NCBI GenBank assembly: GCA_052035175.1 | Contig: JBPOHV010000001.1 | Span: 853,251 to 917,250 of the forward strand | Reading direction: 5' to 3' | Length of the DNA: 64,000 bases | Source of the DNA: a candidate division WWE3 bacterium | GTDB lineage: Bacteria; Patescibacteriota; WWE3; UBA101185; UBA10185 | In this document: one piece after another, positions 1 to 9,066 of the stretch | Layout: each line of letters opens with the position of its first letter | Numbering within the stretch: the stretch's first letter is position 1 | Program-made: the position numbers and the translations under genes | Notes under the pieces: model-generated | The model's input: only the letters and a program-made list of their open reading frames with translations | Told to the model about the DNA's origin: nothing | Databases searched by the model: none

Positions 1-158
1 CTGAAATGAGAATTGCTTATAAAATGACTTTGCAAGAAACTTTGAACAAAACTCAAGAAATAGCTGCGTATAAATTTGAACAAGAGGCTATCAACGCAGT
101 ACAAAAAGTCGTAGAAAGTAAAATCAAACTCTTTGGGAGTCAAGGAAAGATTGCTTGA
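1..158 (+). CDS. fba: class II fructose-bisphosphate aldolase, C-terminal fragment (gene starts before window)
   Basis: Frame 3 reads EMRIAYKMTLQETLNK...AINAVQKVVESKIKLFGSQGKIA* (TGA 156-158), which resembles the class II FBA C-terminus (KIxLFGSxGK). Confidence 0.75.
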   Translation, partial: EMRIAYKMTLQETLNKTQEIAAYKFEQEAINAVQKVVESKIKLFGSQGKIA

Positions 159-179
159 TCAAAAATAACCGCTAATAAC

Positions 180-1025
180 CTACGAAAAATTAGCTAATTT
201 CTCTGTACAAACCCCAACTACATATTTTTTTAGGGTTAATGACAACGCATACAAAGCAGTTAGTTCTTCTAGTGTAACTTCGTAATCTTTTTTATAACGC
301 GCGTCTATATATGCGCGTGAGAGTAAATCGAAAAGCTTGATATCATGTGCTGTCTTCCGTGGAAATATAGTTTTTATCTCAGGTAAAAATGACGCAACCA
401 ACTCTTCGATTTTTTCTAAATTGTGCGATTTGGGCTTGTAACCTGTAAATGTAAGTAAAACGGTAAAGTACAAAGACTCTACTGCTTGGCTCAAATGAAA
501 TGCTGCATTGTTATAAGCTTTATCAGAAATATTATGTGAATAATCACGCAAAAAGTCTTCAGCTTTGCTTAACCAGAAATCATACTCTCTTTTTGCTAGA
601 TCTTTGCGTACACCAACAGACATCGCGCTAGGTTGTTCATAAATAAACGTACCAGCGTCGTACAAAACTATTCCGTCTCTAAATACGTCGAGGTAAAAAT
701 AATTTCCTTCTGATAAAAGCCGCTTAACATTTAAGCTTGTTTCAACAATTAAATTGACTGAAATGTTTGAAGGCAAAACTGCACGCAATTGGGCACGTAC
801 ATCAGACCAAAGCCCAGTGTCATTACTCAGTTTGGACGTCGCTACGATTACAAACAAATCGATATCGCTTTCGTACTCATAAGTAATACCATCTTCGACA
901 TATCTATCTGAAACACGCTCACCTCTTGCCCCGCTACCAAACAAAATTAGTTTTTCTATATGTGTAGCTTTGGTAATAATTTCGACTAATTTATTAGTAT
1001 ACGTATGCAAATCACTTGAATGCAT
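180..1025 (-). CDS. nucleotidyltransferase (MNT)-HEPN fusion protein
   Basis: N-terminal ILFGSGARG...SDIDL MNT motif; C-terminal HEPN (AAFHLSQAVE, PKSHNL, YIDARY). Start moved to ATG 1025, which lies 6 nt after a TG-c-TACTAT -10 box. Confidence 0.85.
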   Translation of the reverse strand: MHSSDLHTYTNKLVEIITKATHIEKLILFGSGARGERVSDRYVEDGITYEYESDIDLFVIVATSKLSNDTGLWSDVRAQLRAVLPSNISVNLIVETSLNVKRLLSEGNYFYLDVFRDGIVLYDAGTFIYEQPSAMSVGVRKDLAKREYDFWLSKAEDFLRDYSHNISDKAYNNAAFHLSQAVESLYFTVLLTFTGYKPKSHNLEKIEELVASFLPEIKTIFPRKTAHDIKLFDLLSRAYIDARYKKDYEVTLEELTALYALSLTLKKYVVGVCTEKLANFS

Positions 1026-1050
1026 AGCAAAATAGTAGCACAATAAATTT

Positions 1051-2046
1051 GTGAAAGTTTTAATTACAAGAGAAATCCCAGACGTAGGTATAAGGTTGTT
1101 TGAAAAGTATCCTCAAATACAAATAGATTACCGCAAAGGAAAACCCTTGTCGGAAAATGAACTGCTAAAAGCTATAAAAGATGTTGATGCAATTATTCCA
1201 GTTATTCCTGATCAAATTAACAAAAAGGTTATAAAGTCTGCTACAAACCTCAAAGTTATAGCTACCTATTCTGTAGGCTATGATCATATTGATATTGGCG
1301 CAGCTACAAATAACAAAATTTATGTAGCAAACACACCAGGAGATTTGACTGAATCAGTAGCCGAGCACACTTTTGCACTTATGCTTGCTGTAGCCAAAAG
1401 AATCGTAGAAGCTGACATTTACTGCAGAAAAGGAAAATATAAATATTGGGAACCACTTTCATTTTTGTCGCCAAAGCTATTTGGTAAAACTGTAGGAATA
1501 ATTGGAGCTGGAAGAATTGGTGAGCAATTTGCACGAATGTGTAAATATGGACTTAATATGAAGATCTTATACCAAGATCCAAAACCTAAATTTGAAATGG
1601 AAAGCTTACTGGATGCAAAAAAGGTTGAATTGGATGAACTTCTAGATCAATCTGACGTTGTATCCTTTCATTGCAATCTATGCGAATCAACAATGCATAT
1701 GATCGGAGTATCAGAACTCAAAAAGATGAAACCAACAGCCTACATTTTAAATACAGCACGAGGCAAAATGATAGATGAAAAAGCTCTAGCAAACGCTCTA
1801 GAAAAAGGCTACATTTCGGGAGCTGGCTTGGATGTATTTGAAAATGAACCAGAAATCTATTCCAAACTACTTACACTTCCAAATGTTGTTTTAACACCAC
1901 ATATAGCAAGTGCAACGCGCGAAGCAAGAATAGAAATGGCTATGATGGCAGCACAAAATGTTTTGGATGTACTTATTTATAAAAAACCACCAACGCATCT
2001 AGTAAACGGGATCTTAGCAGAGAGCGTAACATCGTTAACAAACTAG
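1051..2046 (+). CDS. D-2-hydroxyacid dehydrogenase (glyoxylate reductase/D-glycerate dehydrogenase family)
   Basis: VGYDHID, GIIGAGRIG Rossmann motif, NTARG, GLDVFENEP, LTPHIAS. Confidence 0.9.
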   Translation: MKVLITREIPDVGIRLFEKYPQIQIDYRKGKPLSENELLKAIKDVDAIIPVIPDQINKKVIKSATNLKVIATYSVGYDHIDIGAATNNKIYVANTPGDLTESVAEHTFALMLAVAKRIVEADIYCRKGKYKYWEPLSFLSPKLFGKTVGIIGAGRIGEQFARMCKYGLNMKILYQDPKPKFEMESLLDAKKVELDELLDQSDVVSFHCNLCESTMHMIGVSELKKMKPTAYILNTARGKMIDEKALANALEKGYISGAGLDVFENEPEIYSKLLTLPNVVLTPHIASATREARIEMAMMAAQNVLDVLIYKKPPTHLVNGILAESVTSLTN

Positions 2047-2067
2047 CGCTGTGATATTATTTACAAC

Positions 2068-2769
2068 ATGATGGAATTATTAAAAAGAAACTCTCCTGTA
2101 TTCATAATAGGGTTTATAACACTTGCGCTATTTGTAGGAATTATTGTTTTGGCTCAAAAAAATCCTCCTACACAAACTAAGCTAATTCAAATCGACGAAT
2201 CTCAGCTTTTACCAGAACATACCTTTACCAAAGGCAATGAAAATGCGCCACTTACACTTGTAGAATTTTCTAATTACAATTGTCCTCATTGCAAAACTGC
2301 ACAACCGCTTATCGAACAGTTTGTAAGTGAAAATACTGATGTACTCAAGTGGGGGTTCCGCCATTTTCCATTTTCTACAGACCCATCATCATTTTTGGCA
2401 GCTAGAGCAGCGCAAGCAGCCGGCAGACAAAACAAATTTTTTGAATATAGCAAAGTATTGTTCGATAACCAACAAACGTTTACTGAAGCAAACTTAATCA
2501 AATATGCACAAGATCTCGGTCTTGATACTGAAAGGTTTAAAGTTGACATGAATTCTGACGATATTAAAAATGAAGTCAATACCGATTTGCAATATGCATT
2601 GAAATCAAATATATCTGGTACGCCTACTTTCATATTAAACGGTAAAGTTTTAAATAGCTTAGAAGAGTTGAATACTGAAATACAAAAATACAAACCACAA
2701 GTTCCCCAAGAAATCTTAGATAAAGTAACCGGCACAGATCAAGAAAAAACCACTGCACCAACTGAGTAA
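2068..2769 (+). CDS. DsbA/BdbD-like thioredoxin-fold protein, membrane anchored
   Basis: N-terminal TM helix, EFSNYNCPHC (CxxC), FRHFP, SGTPTF cis-Pro loop. Confidence 0.85.
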   Translation: MMELLKRNSPVFIIGFITLALFVGIIVLAQKNPPTQTKLIQIDESQLLPEHTFTKGNENAPLTLVEFSNYNCPHCKTAQPLIEQFVSENTDVLKWGFRHFPFSTDPSSFLAARAAQAAGRQNKFFEYSKVLFDNQQTFTEANLIKYAQDLGLDTERFKVDMNSDDIKNEVNTDLQYALKSNISGTPTFILNGKVLNSLEELNTEIQKYKPQVPQEILDKVTGTDQEKTTAPTE

Positions 2770-2801
2770 ACCTCACGCCTAAATATTAAGCTTAAAGAAC
2801 T

Positions 2802-2851
2802 AAAAAGACCCTAGACAGGGGAAGTGCGTTCCTCCCATCTAGGGTCTTTTT
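2802..2851. terminator. bidirectional intrinsic terminator-like hairpin
   Basis: AAAAAGACCCTAGA (2802-2815) pairs with TCTAGGGTCTTTTT (2838-2851), between convergent genes. Confidence 0.8.
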
Positions 2852-3019
2852 TTACGGTACGAGCTCCGCCGGCGACGGCGGAGTCTCTCTCGGATCATAG
2901 TTGAGATTGATCCGAAACTCAGGTGTTGGTGTGGGGGGTTTGTCCCCCGTTGGGCCGCCGCAGGCGGCCGTGAACAGAAAGACCGCCACTAGGGCGGTCC
3001 TGATGAAAATGCTTTTCAT
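2852..3019 (-). CDS. small GC-rich putative lipoprotein (55 aa)
   Basis: MKSIFIRTALVAVFLFTAAC lipobox then Pro/Thr-rich tail; GAGGAGG RBS (3026-3032) 6 nt upstream; about 59% GC by hand count. Confidence 0.65.
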   Translation of the reverse strand: MKSIFIRTALVAVFLFTAACGGPTGDKPPTPTPEFRINLNYDPRETPPSPAELVP

Positions 3020-3089
3020 CTTCATCCTCCTCAAAAAAAGTTTTTTTCCAGTCTTAGTAAAAGTCGACTGGGCCGAAGTGATAGAAAAT

Positions 3090-3118
3090 ATATTACTATA
3101 GGATGGGGTTTTTGTCGA
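3090..3118 (-). promoter_or_regulatory. sigma70-like promoter of the lipoprotein gene
   Basis: Minus strand TCGACA-17 nt-TAATAT; the spacer ends in CTATAG (3096-3101). Confidence 0.5.
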
Positions 3119-3124
3119 ATGTTC

Positions 3125-4081
3125 CTAGGCTACACCAGATCGTGCCATCTTCCTCGACTCTAGGTTTTTATCGGCCCACTTTTTAATCGCAAAATAACAA
3201 TCAGAACTTTCACTAGACTTAGCTACATACCTCAAGTGATCAAACTCACCTCGTGATAAATCTTTTAATTCTGTAAAAGTAAAAATCAGCGACAAATACG
3301 TAAGTAGACGTGAATCCAAATGACTAACTTCTAAATCTTTGCGCTCACGCAGGTAATCTCTCATCTTAGCAGGCTCTAAACTAGGACTTAGCTTTATATC
3401 AGTTGCCTTATCAGCAATAATCGCTTCCCATTTATACTTCAGATAGTGGTCTACGGAAGTATCTGGCCAGTTTGTATGCCTCGTAGTAACAACAGCTATA
3501 TCTGGATTTTTGAGCGCTGTTATAAGGGCGTTTTGATAATAATAAGCTGTGTATGTTTGCGATAGTGTACCTACGCCGCTATGTAAAGCAATCGCACCCT
3601 TTTCTGCTAAACCTCGCAAAGTGAGAAAATCAAGTTTGGAACCACCAATAGGCCTTGCATACAAATAATCACCAGAATCCATCAATACTGGTAGTCTAGG
3701 TAGTTTGGAGGCTCTAGGGTGTTTATAATTCTTGTATAAGTCGATCAATTCTTGTGCTTTTTCATGTCCTTGGTTCACCCATAAATCAGATGCCAGAGTC
3801 TTAGCGCTAAAAATCCCAAATGGGATATCTCTACTATCTAGTACATGTGCTAACTCTCTTATAGTTGTGCTTTTACCTGCACCACCTTCTCCAGAAAATA
3901 TTATTGCCGGTACATCTGTTTTTAATAAAGTATACGCATGCCCTACTTCTGCTTCACGAAATAATGAATCTTCTAGTGTAGATTTTTCAGGACGCTCCCA
4001 AGGCGGTGGCGTAGTTGAGAGCCTTCGTGCGTCATTTCTATTAATTGCAGGAAATTGTCCAATCGTAGCAGGTAAACCCAT
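3125..4081 (-). CDS. hypothetical P-loop NTPase
   Basis: Walker A GEGGAGKS and possible Walker B VLMD; rest unrecognised. Confidence 0.55.
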   Translation of the reverse strand: MGLPATIGQFPAINRNDARRLSTTPPPWERPEKSTLEDSLFREAEVGHAYTLLKTDVPAIIFSGEGGAGKSTTIRELAHVLDSRDIPFGIFSAKTLASDLWVNQGHEKAQELIDLYKNYKHPRASKLPRLPVLMDSGDYLYARPIGGSKLDFLTLRGLAEKGAIALHSGVGTLSQTYTAYYYQNALITALKNPDIAVVTTRHTNWPDTSVDHYLKYKWEAIIADKATDIKLSPSLEPAKMRDYLRERKDLEVSHLDSRLLTYLSLIFTFTELKDLSRGEFDHLRYVAKSSESSDCYFAIKKWADKNLESRKMARSGVA

Positions 4082-4084
4082 GAA

Positions 4085-4720
4085 TTAAACCTTAAACGCG
4101 CTTGGGCAGATGTCTTTGAGTACACACCCTGCGCAATTTGGCTTTATGGCTTTGCACACATACCGTCCGTGCAGCACCATAGCGCTAGAAATATTTCTCC
4201 AATATTCTTTGGGTATCAATTGCATCAATTCTTTTTCTATTTTGACAGCGTTTTGTTCAGTTGTAAGGCCCAATCTATTTGAAACTCTTGTAACATGCGT
4301 ATCTACAACAATACCTTCTGCGATATCCCAAAGCTCTTGTAAAATCACATTGGCACTTTTTCTGGCAGCACCTGGAATTTTGATTAACTCAGACAAAACG
4401 CGAGGCAATTTACCACCAAACTCTTGTGTAACAAATTGGCCTGCTTTTATTAAGCGCTCAGCTTTACCCATATGAAAATTTACTCCTCGTATATCGTTTT
4501 GTAATTGCAATAAATCTGCGTTTGCAAAATCATCCCATGATTTGTACTTCTTAAAGAGGTTTTCGGTGATTTGATTAACCTTTTTATCCGTAGTCTGTGC
4601 AGATAGCATAACTGCAACAGCTAGCTCCATTTCATTTGTGTGGTTTAATTCTGTTTTAGGGTTTGGATGCTCTTTTTTTAATCTTTTTGCTACTTCTAGT
4701 GCTAAATCTTGTTTATTCAT
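4085..4720 (-). CDS. nth: endonuclease III
   Basis: LSAQTTD, HhH motif IPGAARKSAN, VDTHV, C-x6-C-x2-C-x5-C 4Fe-4S motif. Confidence 0.95.
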   Translation of the reverse strand: MNKQDLALEVAKRLKKEHPNPKTELNHTNEMELAVAVMLSAQTTDKKVNQITENLFKKYKSWDDFANADLLQLQNDIRGVNFHMGKAERLIKAGQFVTQEFGGKLPRVLSELIKIPGAARKSANVILQELWDIAEGIVVDTHVTRVSNRLGLTTEQNAVKIEKELMQLIPKEYWRNISSAMVLHGRYVCKAIKPNCAGCVLKDICPSAFKV

Positions 4721-4756
4721 AAAATAATAGTAGCACTAAAAATAATTAAAATGCAT

Positions 4757-5665
4757 TTAAAACAGTGATAATTGATTTGTATCTACAGCCTTTTGCGTAT
4801 CTATTGGTGCTAAGCCTAATCTTTTTAACAAAGACTTGAATCTATATCTCGACAAAATCTTAACGACTTCATCAGCAACAAAATTTCGGTATTTCAACTC
4901 GGCAATAGATATCTGCATTGGAACATCTGTAATAATTGTTGCTAGCTGTTTACTCATAACAGCATCCTCAGCACAATTTGCTAATTTATTCCTTAAAGAG
5001 TCAGGTTGAACTTGAGCGATTTTTGAATAAATTTCTTCTATTGAACCGTATTCATTTATTAGTTTTTGCGCAGATTTCTCACCTACACCATAGACTCCTG
5101 GGATATTATCACTAGGATCACCACGTAAACCTTTATAATCTGGGATTTGGTTTGGAAATACTCCCAATATTTCTTTTACATCGTCGTATTTAATGAATTT
5201 ATTGCTTCCCTTACCGTCTGGAATCAGAACACTCACAGATTTATCAAGCAGTTGCCACATATCACGGTCATTTGAGATAATAATTACTTCAAACTCACCT
5301 TTAAACCTATTAGCCAAGGTTCCTATGATATCGTCTGCTTCATACCCAGTTACTTTCAACTGCTTTATATCAAACGCATCTAATACTTCAAATACTTTTG
5401 GTATTTGTACAGATAAGTCTGTTTCCATAGGTTTACGATGCGCTTTGTAAGCGTTAAAACTTTCTGCTCTAAACGTTACTTCTTCACCATCTATAGCAGC
5501 GGCTAAATAAGCAGGTTTATAAGTCTCTAGAATATTTACAATCATTGAAGTAACGCCATAGACTGCATTTGTCGGATTACCTTCTACATCTGTAAAAGTC
5601 TTGGGCAATGCGTGATATGCCCGATGTAAAAGATTGAAGGTGTCAATTATGAAAAGTTTTTGCAT
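4757..5665 (-). CDS. stand-alone 5'-3' exonuclease/flap endonuclease (Pol I N-terminal domain family)
   Basis: RAYHAL, TNAVYG, YKAHR, YEADDIIGT, DRD, GDPSDNIPGV H3TH motif; no polymerase domain. Confidence 0.9.
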   Translation of the reverse strand: MQKLFIIDTFNLLHRAYHALPKTFTDVEGNPTNAVYGVTSMIVNILETYKPAYLAAAIDGEEVTFRAESFNAYKAHRKPMETDLSVQIPKVFEVLDAFDIKQLKVTGYEADDIIGTLANRFKGEFEVIIISNDRDMWQLLDKSVSVLIPDGKGSNKFIKYDDVKEILGVFPNQIPDYKGLRGDPSDNIPGVYGVGEKSAQKLINEYGSIEEIYSKIAQVQPDSLRNKLANCAEDAVMSKQLATIITDVPMQISIAELKYRNFVADEVVKILSRYRFKSLLKRLGLAPIDTQKAVDTNQLSLF

Positions 5666-7491
5666 ATCTCTTTGTACTCATCTGCAAGTATAGTTTCTTT
5701 TTCCATCAAACGCTTGACCAAAGCATCCATAAGCTGTCTTTTTTCAGTTAATATATTAACAGCCGTTATATAAGCATTATCGATTATCTTTTTTACCTCG
5801 CTATCTATCTTGGCCGCTATCTCCTGACTGTATGGCAATGAATGATGCCCTAATTCGCGTGCCAACATAGTAGCAGCCTCATCACCACTATAGTTTACTG
5901 GTCCCAGTGAACTCATACCCAATTCTGTGACCATTCTTTTTGAAAGCTCTGTAGCATGCTTTATGTCAGATGAAGCACCCGCGCTAAATTCTTTGTAAAC
6001 AACCTCTTCGGCTGCACGGCCACCTAAAGCAGAAGCTATCATAGACTTTATTCTTGTTTCACTTACGTTATATATGTCTCTATCAGGTGGATAACTTGTG
6101 TGTCCAAGCGACGCGCCACGAGCAACAATAGAGACGCGATCAACACTATCCATATCTGGCACAAATGTAGCGACCAGCGCGTGGCCAGCTTCGTGATACG
6201 CCGTCATTTCTTTCTCTTTTACAGTTTGAATAATATTTCTTTCTGAACCTAGTGTAACTTTGAGAATTGCTTCGTCTATATCAGACATATTTATTTCTGA
6301 ACGCTCAGCTCTGGCAGCCAAGATAGCAGATTCATTTATCATATTTTCTATATCAGCACCACTAAACTGAACCGTTTTTTTGGCTAAAGAGACAATATCG
6401 AAATCTTTAACAAAAGGCTTTCCTCTCATATGTATTTTTGCTATTTCTTCTCGTTCTTTGACATCTGGTAGAGGTATACTTATACGTCTATCAAATCTGC
6501 CAGGTCTTACCAAAGCAGGATCCAACATATCTGGCCTATTAGTAGCAGCTATAACTATTACTGTAGTTCTTGGATCAAATCCATCCATTTCTATAAGAAT
6601 TTGATTCAGCGTTTGTTCGCGCTCATCATGTCCACCACCAATACCCATACCTCTTTGACGACCGATGGCATCTATTTCATCTATAAATATAAGGCTTGGT
6701 TGGGTTTCACGCGCCTGTCTAAATAAATCTCTAGCTCGAGCAGATCCTACACCTACCAACATTTCCATAAATTCGCTGCCTGCAACAGAAAAGAACGGTA
6801 CATTGGCTTCTCCAGCTATAGCTTTGGCCAAAAGTGTTTTACCTACACCAGACTGACCTACTAGCAAAACACCTTTGGGAATACGCGCCCCCAACTTTTG
6901 ATACTTCTTAGGATTTTTTAAAAAGTCTACTATCTCCATCATTTCAGTTTTAGCCTCAGCAGCTCCAGCTATATCAGAAAAAGTAACTTTTGAGGTACCT
7001 TTGTGTACGATCTTGGCTTTTGATCTACCAAATGCCATTATATCGCCACTTGCACCCTTCATTTGTCTAAGTAAAATAAATAAAATCAATATAGGAAAAC
7101 CGAAAGTCAAAACTGGGGTTAATATATCGAGTAAACCTAATTTGTCTTCCACTTGAACGCTACCTGCAATCAGCGAACGATCTACAGAATTATTGGTCAA
7201 AATTTCATCAAAACTCACACTAGATTCTTTCTTTGTAGAAAATTTTGAACCGTTTTGTAAAGTTATAGCTAACGTATCGCCATTAACAACAATGTCTTGT
7301 ACTTGTTTTTCTTTTATCAACTGAATGGTCTCGCTCAACGGCTTGGTCTCGGTAGTATCAAGTTGAGACGCACTACCAAATATTACCCAAAATAAAAATA
7401 TAAGCATTGCATAAAAAAACACGTTATTCCAAATACTTCTTGGCGTATTTATTTGTGGGGTATGTTTCTTTTTTTGTTTTGTTTGCGACAT
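5647..7491 (-). CDS. ftsH: ATP-dependent zinc metalloprotease FtsH
   Basis: Two TM helices, AAA GQSGVGKT, SRH DPALVRPGRFDR, HEAGH zinc motif; probable start ATG 7491. Confidence 0.97.
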   Translation of the reverse strand: MSQTKQKKKHTPQINTPRSIWNNVFFYAMLIFLFWVIFGSASQLDTTETKPLSETIQLIKEKQVQDIVVNGDTLAITLQNGSKFSTKKESSVSFDEILTNNSVDRSLIAGSVQVEDKLGLLDILTPVLTFGFPILILFILLRQMKGASGDIMAFGRSKAKIVHKGTSKVTFSDIAGAAEAKTEMMEIVDFLKNPKKYQKLGARIPKGVLLVGQSGVGKTLLAKAIAGEANVPFFSVAGSEFMEMLVGVGSARARDLFRQARETQPSLIFIDEIDAIGRQRGMGIGGGHDEREQTLNQILIEMDGFDPRTTVIVIAATNRPDMLDPALVRPGRFDRRISIPLPDVKEREEIAKIHMRGKPFVKDFDIVSLAKKTVQFSGADIENMINESAILAARAERSEINMSDIDEAILKVTLGSERNIIQTVKEKEMTAYHEAGHALVATFVPDMDSVDRVSIVARGASLGHTSYPPDRDIYNVSETRIKSMIASALGGRAAEEVVYKEFSAGASSDIKHATELSKRMVTELGMSSLGPVNYSGDEAATMLARELGHHSLPYSQEIAAKIDSEVKKIIDNAYITAVNILTEKRQLMDALVKRLMEKETILADEYKEICKNFS

Positions 7492-7533
7492 AATCGATAA
7501 ATTATACACTAGGTACAGTTTGTAATTGGAGAA

Positions 7534-8532
7534 CTATTGAAATCCCATCTTCTCTTTCACTTCCATAAGTGTTTCTGCAGCTACGGCCTTGGCGCGTTTG
7601 CTACCCTCATTGATCACTTCCAAGACATACGCATCACTAATTGACGCGTATCTTTCTTGAACTGGCTGTAATTCAGTATAAATAGATTCTGCAAGTTCTT
7701 GCTTCAAAGATTGATACTTGAGCCCTGCAGTCAAATACACATGCTCATATTCATGACGTTTTTCTTTACCTTGAAAAAGTTCTACAAAATAAAGTAAGTT
7801 TGGTACAGCGCCTTCTGTAGGTAATACTGTGCCAATGCCTGCATCAGTCGCAACTTTTGCCAATTTTTCTTTTATAGTATTCAAATCGTCAGTCAAAGAA
7901 ATGTAACTACCTTCCACTGACTTAGACATCTTACCTTCACCCAAAAGACTTGGAACATACTCACCACTGGTTGCAAAACGCTGTGGTTCGAGAAAAGTTG
8001 TACCATATTCATTATTCATTTTTTTCGCTATTTCTCGTGCAACTTCTAAATGCGGTTCTTGATCTATACCTACTGGCACAAGTCCAGCTTTGTATACCAA
8101 AATGTCAGCAGCCATCAAAATAGGATATTCTAATAGTGCCATAGTTGAATGTTCGGGGTATTGTTTTACTTTTTCTTTGAAAGTAGGTAAGTGTTGCAAT
8201 CTAGCTATAGTTATAACGGATGAAAGATAAACTGAAAGTTCTAAATGCTGTGGAACCATAGACTGGAAAAATATAGCTGATTTTTGTGGATCCAACCCAG
8301 CAGCCAAATAATCTTTGACTACAGCTTTTCTTTTTGTTCTAAGTTCTTCTTTATCGTAAGGGGTAGTAATGGCATGCACATCTGCAACCATATAAAAAGT
8401 TTCATAAGTGGGGTCATTCTGGAGTTCTATCATGCCTTTTGCTCCACCCATATAGTTGCCTAGGTGTAGTCGGCCAGTTGGGCGCATTCCAGAAAGTACA
8501 CGTTTCTTTTCAAGCTGATTCGTTGTAGTCAT
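7534..8532 (-). CDS. trpS: tryptophan--tRNA ligase
   Basis: SGMRPTGRLHLGN (HIGH), YPILMAADIL, VGIDQEPH, KMSKS. Confidence 0.97.
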   Translation of the reverse strand: MTTTNQLEKKRVLSGMRPTGRLHLGNYMGGAKGMIELQNDPTYETFYMVADVHAITTPYDKEELRTKRKAVVKDYLAAGLDPQKSAIFFQSMVPQHLELSVYLSSVITIARLQHLPTFKEKVKQYPEHSTMALLEYPILMAADILVYKAGLVPVGIDQEPHLEVAREIAKKMNNEYGTTFLEPQRFATSGEYVPSLLGEGKMSKSVEGSYISLTDDLNTIKEKLAKVATDAGIGTVLPTEGAVPNLLYFVELFQGKEKRHEYEHVYLTAGLKYQSLKQELAESIYTELQPVQERYASISDAYVLEVINEGSKRAKAVAAETLMEVKEKMGFQ

Positions 8533-8634
8533 ATGGCTAATTTAGCACGTATCGTGCTGGCTTTCCAGCTAAGTAATTGTAGGCAAATCGTAGCTGCACC
8601 CCAAAATCTAAATTCATTTCGTTCATTAAAATTT

Positions 8635-8711
8635 TGGTGCCAATGGGTGGACTCGAACCGCCGACCTAGCGCGTATGAAACGCCCGCTCTAACCACCTGA
8701 GCTACATTGGC
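8635..8711 (-). tRNA. tRNA-Met (CAT), probably elongator
   Basis: Revcomp GCCAATGTAGCTCAGGTGGTTAGAGCGGGCGTTTCATACGCGCTAGGTCGGCGGTTCGAGTCCACCCATTGGCACCA folds as a cloverleaf with G1-C72 and encoded CCA. Confidence 0.9.
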
Positions 8712-8722
8712 ACAGTGCAATA

Positions 8723-8939
8723 AGGGACAGTCCTAAATAGTCCCTGCAACTTCCCTAGAATAAAGCAAAAACCGATTAAAATCAACATAAAACAAGGACT
8801 GTCCTCGGTAAAAAGCCGATATACACTACTAAAATACAGCTTAACTAGTGTCCCAAGGACTTGAGTCGGAAATTAAATGAATTTAAATGTTGTTGCTAAA
8901 GGATTAAGTTGCAAATTGGGACTATTTAGGACTGTCCCT
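8723..8939. repeat. 22-bp perfect inverted repeat pair (REP/MITE-like) between two tRNAs
   Basis: AGGGACAGTCCTAAATAGTCCC (8723-8744) is the revcomp of 8918-8939; extends by TGCAACTT/AAGTTGCA after a 4-nt indel. Confidence 0.8.
8757..8785 (-). promoter_or_regulatory. sigma70 promoter for tRNA-Met
   Basis: Minus strand TTGATT-17 nt-TATTCT. Confidence 0.5.
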
Positions 8940-8945
8940 GTTTTT

Positions 8946-9019
8946 TGGTGGCGGGGTCGGGATTCGAACCCGAACCTTCAGATTATGAGCCTGACGAGGT
9001 GCCGTTCCTCTACCCCGCG
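8946..9019 (-). tRNA. initiator tRNA-fMet (CAT)
   Basis: Revcomp CGCGGGGTAGAGGAACGGCACCTCGTCAGGCTCATAATCTGAAGGTTCGGGTTCGAATCCCGACCCCGCCACCA; unpaired C1:C72 and CGCGGGG acceptor typical of initiators. Confidence 0.9.
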
Positions 9020-9037
9020 ATAAGGTAATACCTGCTG

Positions 9038-9066
9038 ACTGTACCAAAGAAGCCCGTGGCTGTCAA
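9038..9066 (-). promoter_or_regulatory. sigma70 promoter for tRNA-fMet
   Basis: Minus strand TTGACA-17 nt-TACAGT. Confidence 0.65.

Noticed and set aside
2901-3101. 66-aa + strand ORF
   Set aside because: Antisense to the lipoprotein gene, which has the RBS, lipobox and terminator.
8529-8720. 63-aa ORF in the track
   Set aside because: Overlaps tRNA-Met on the same strand; spurious.
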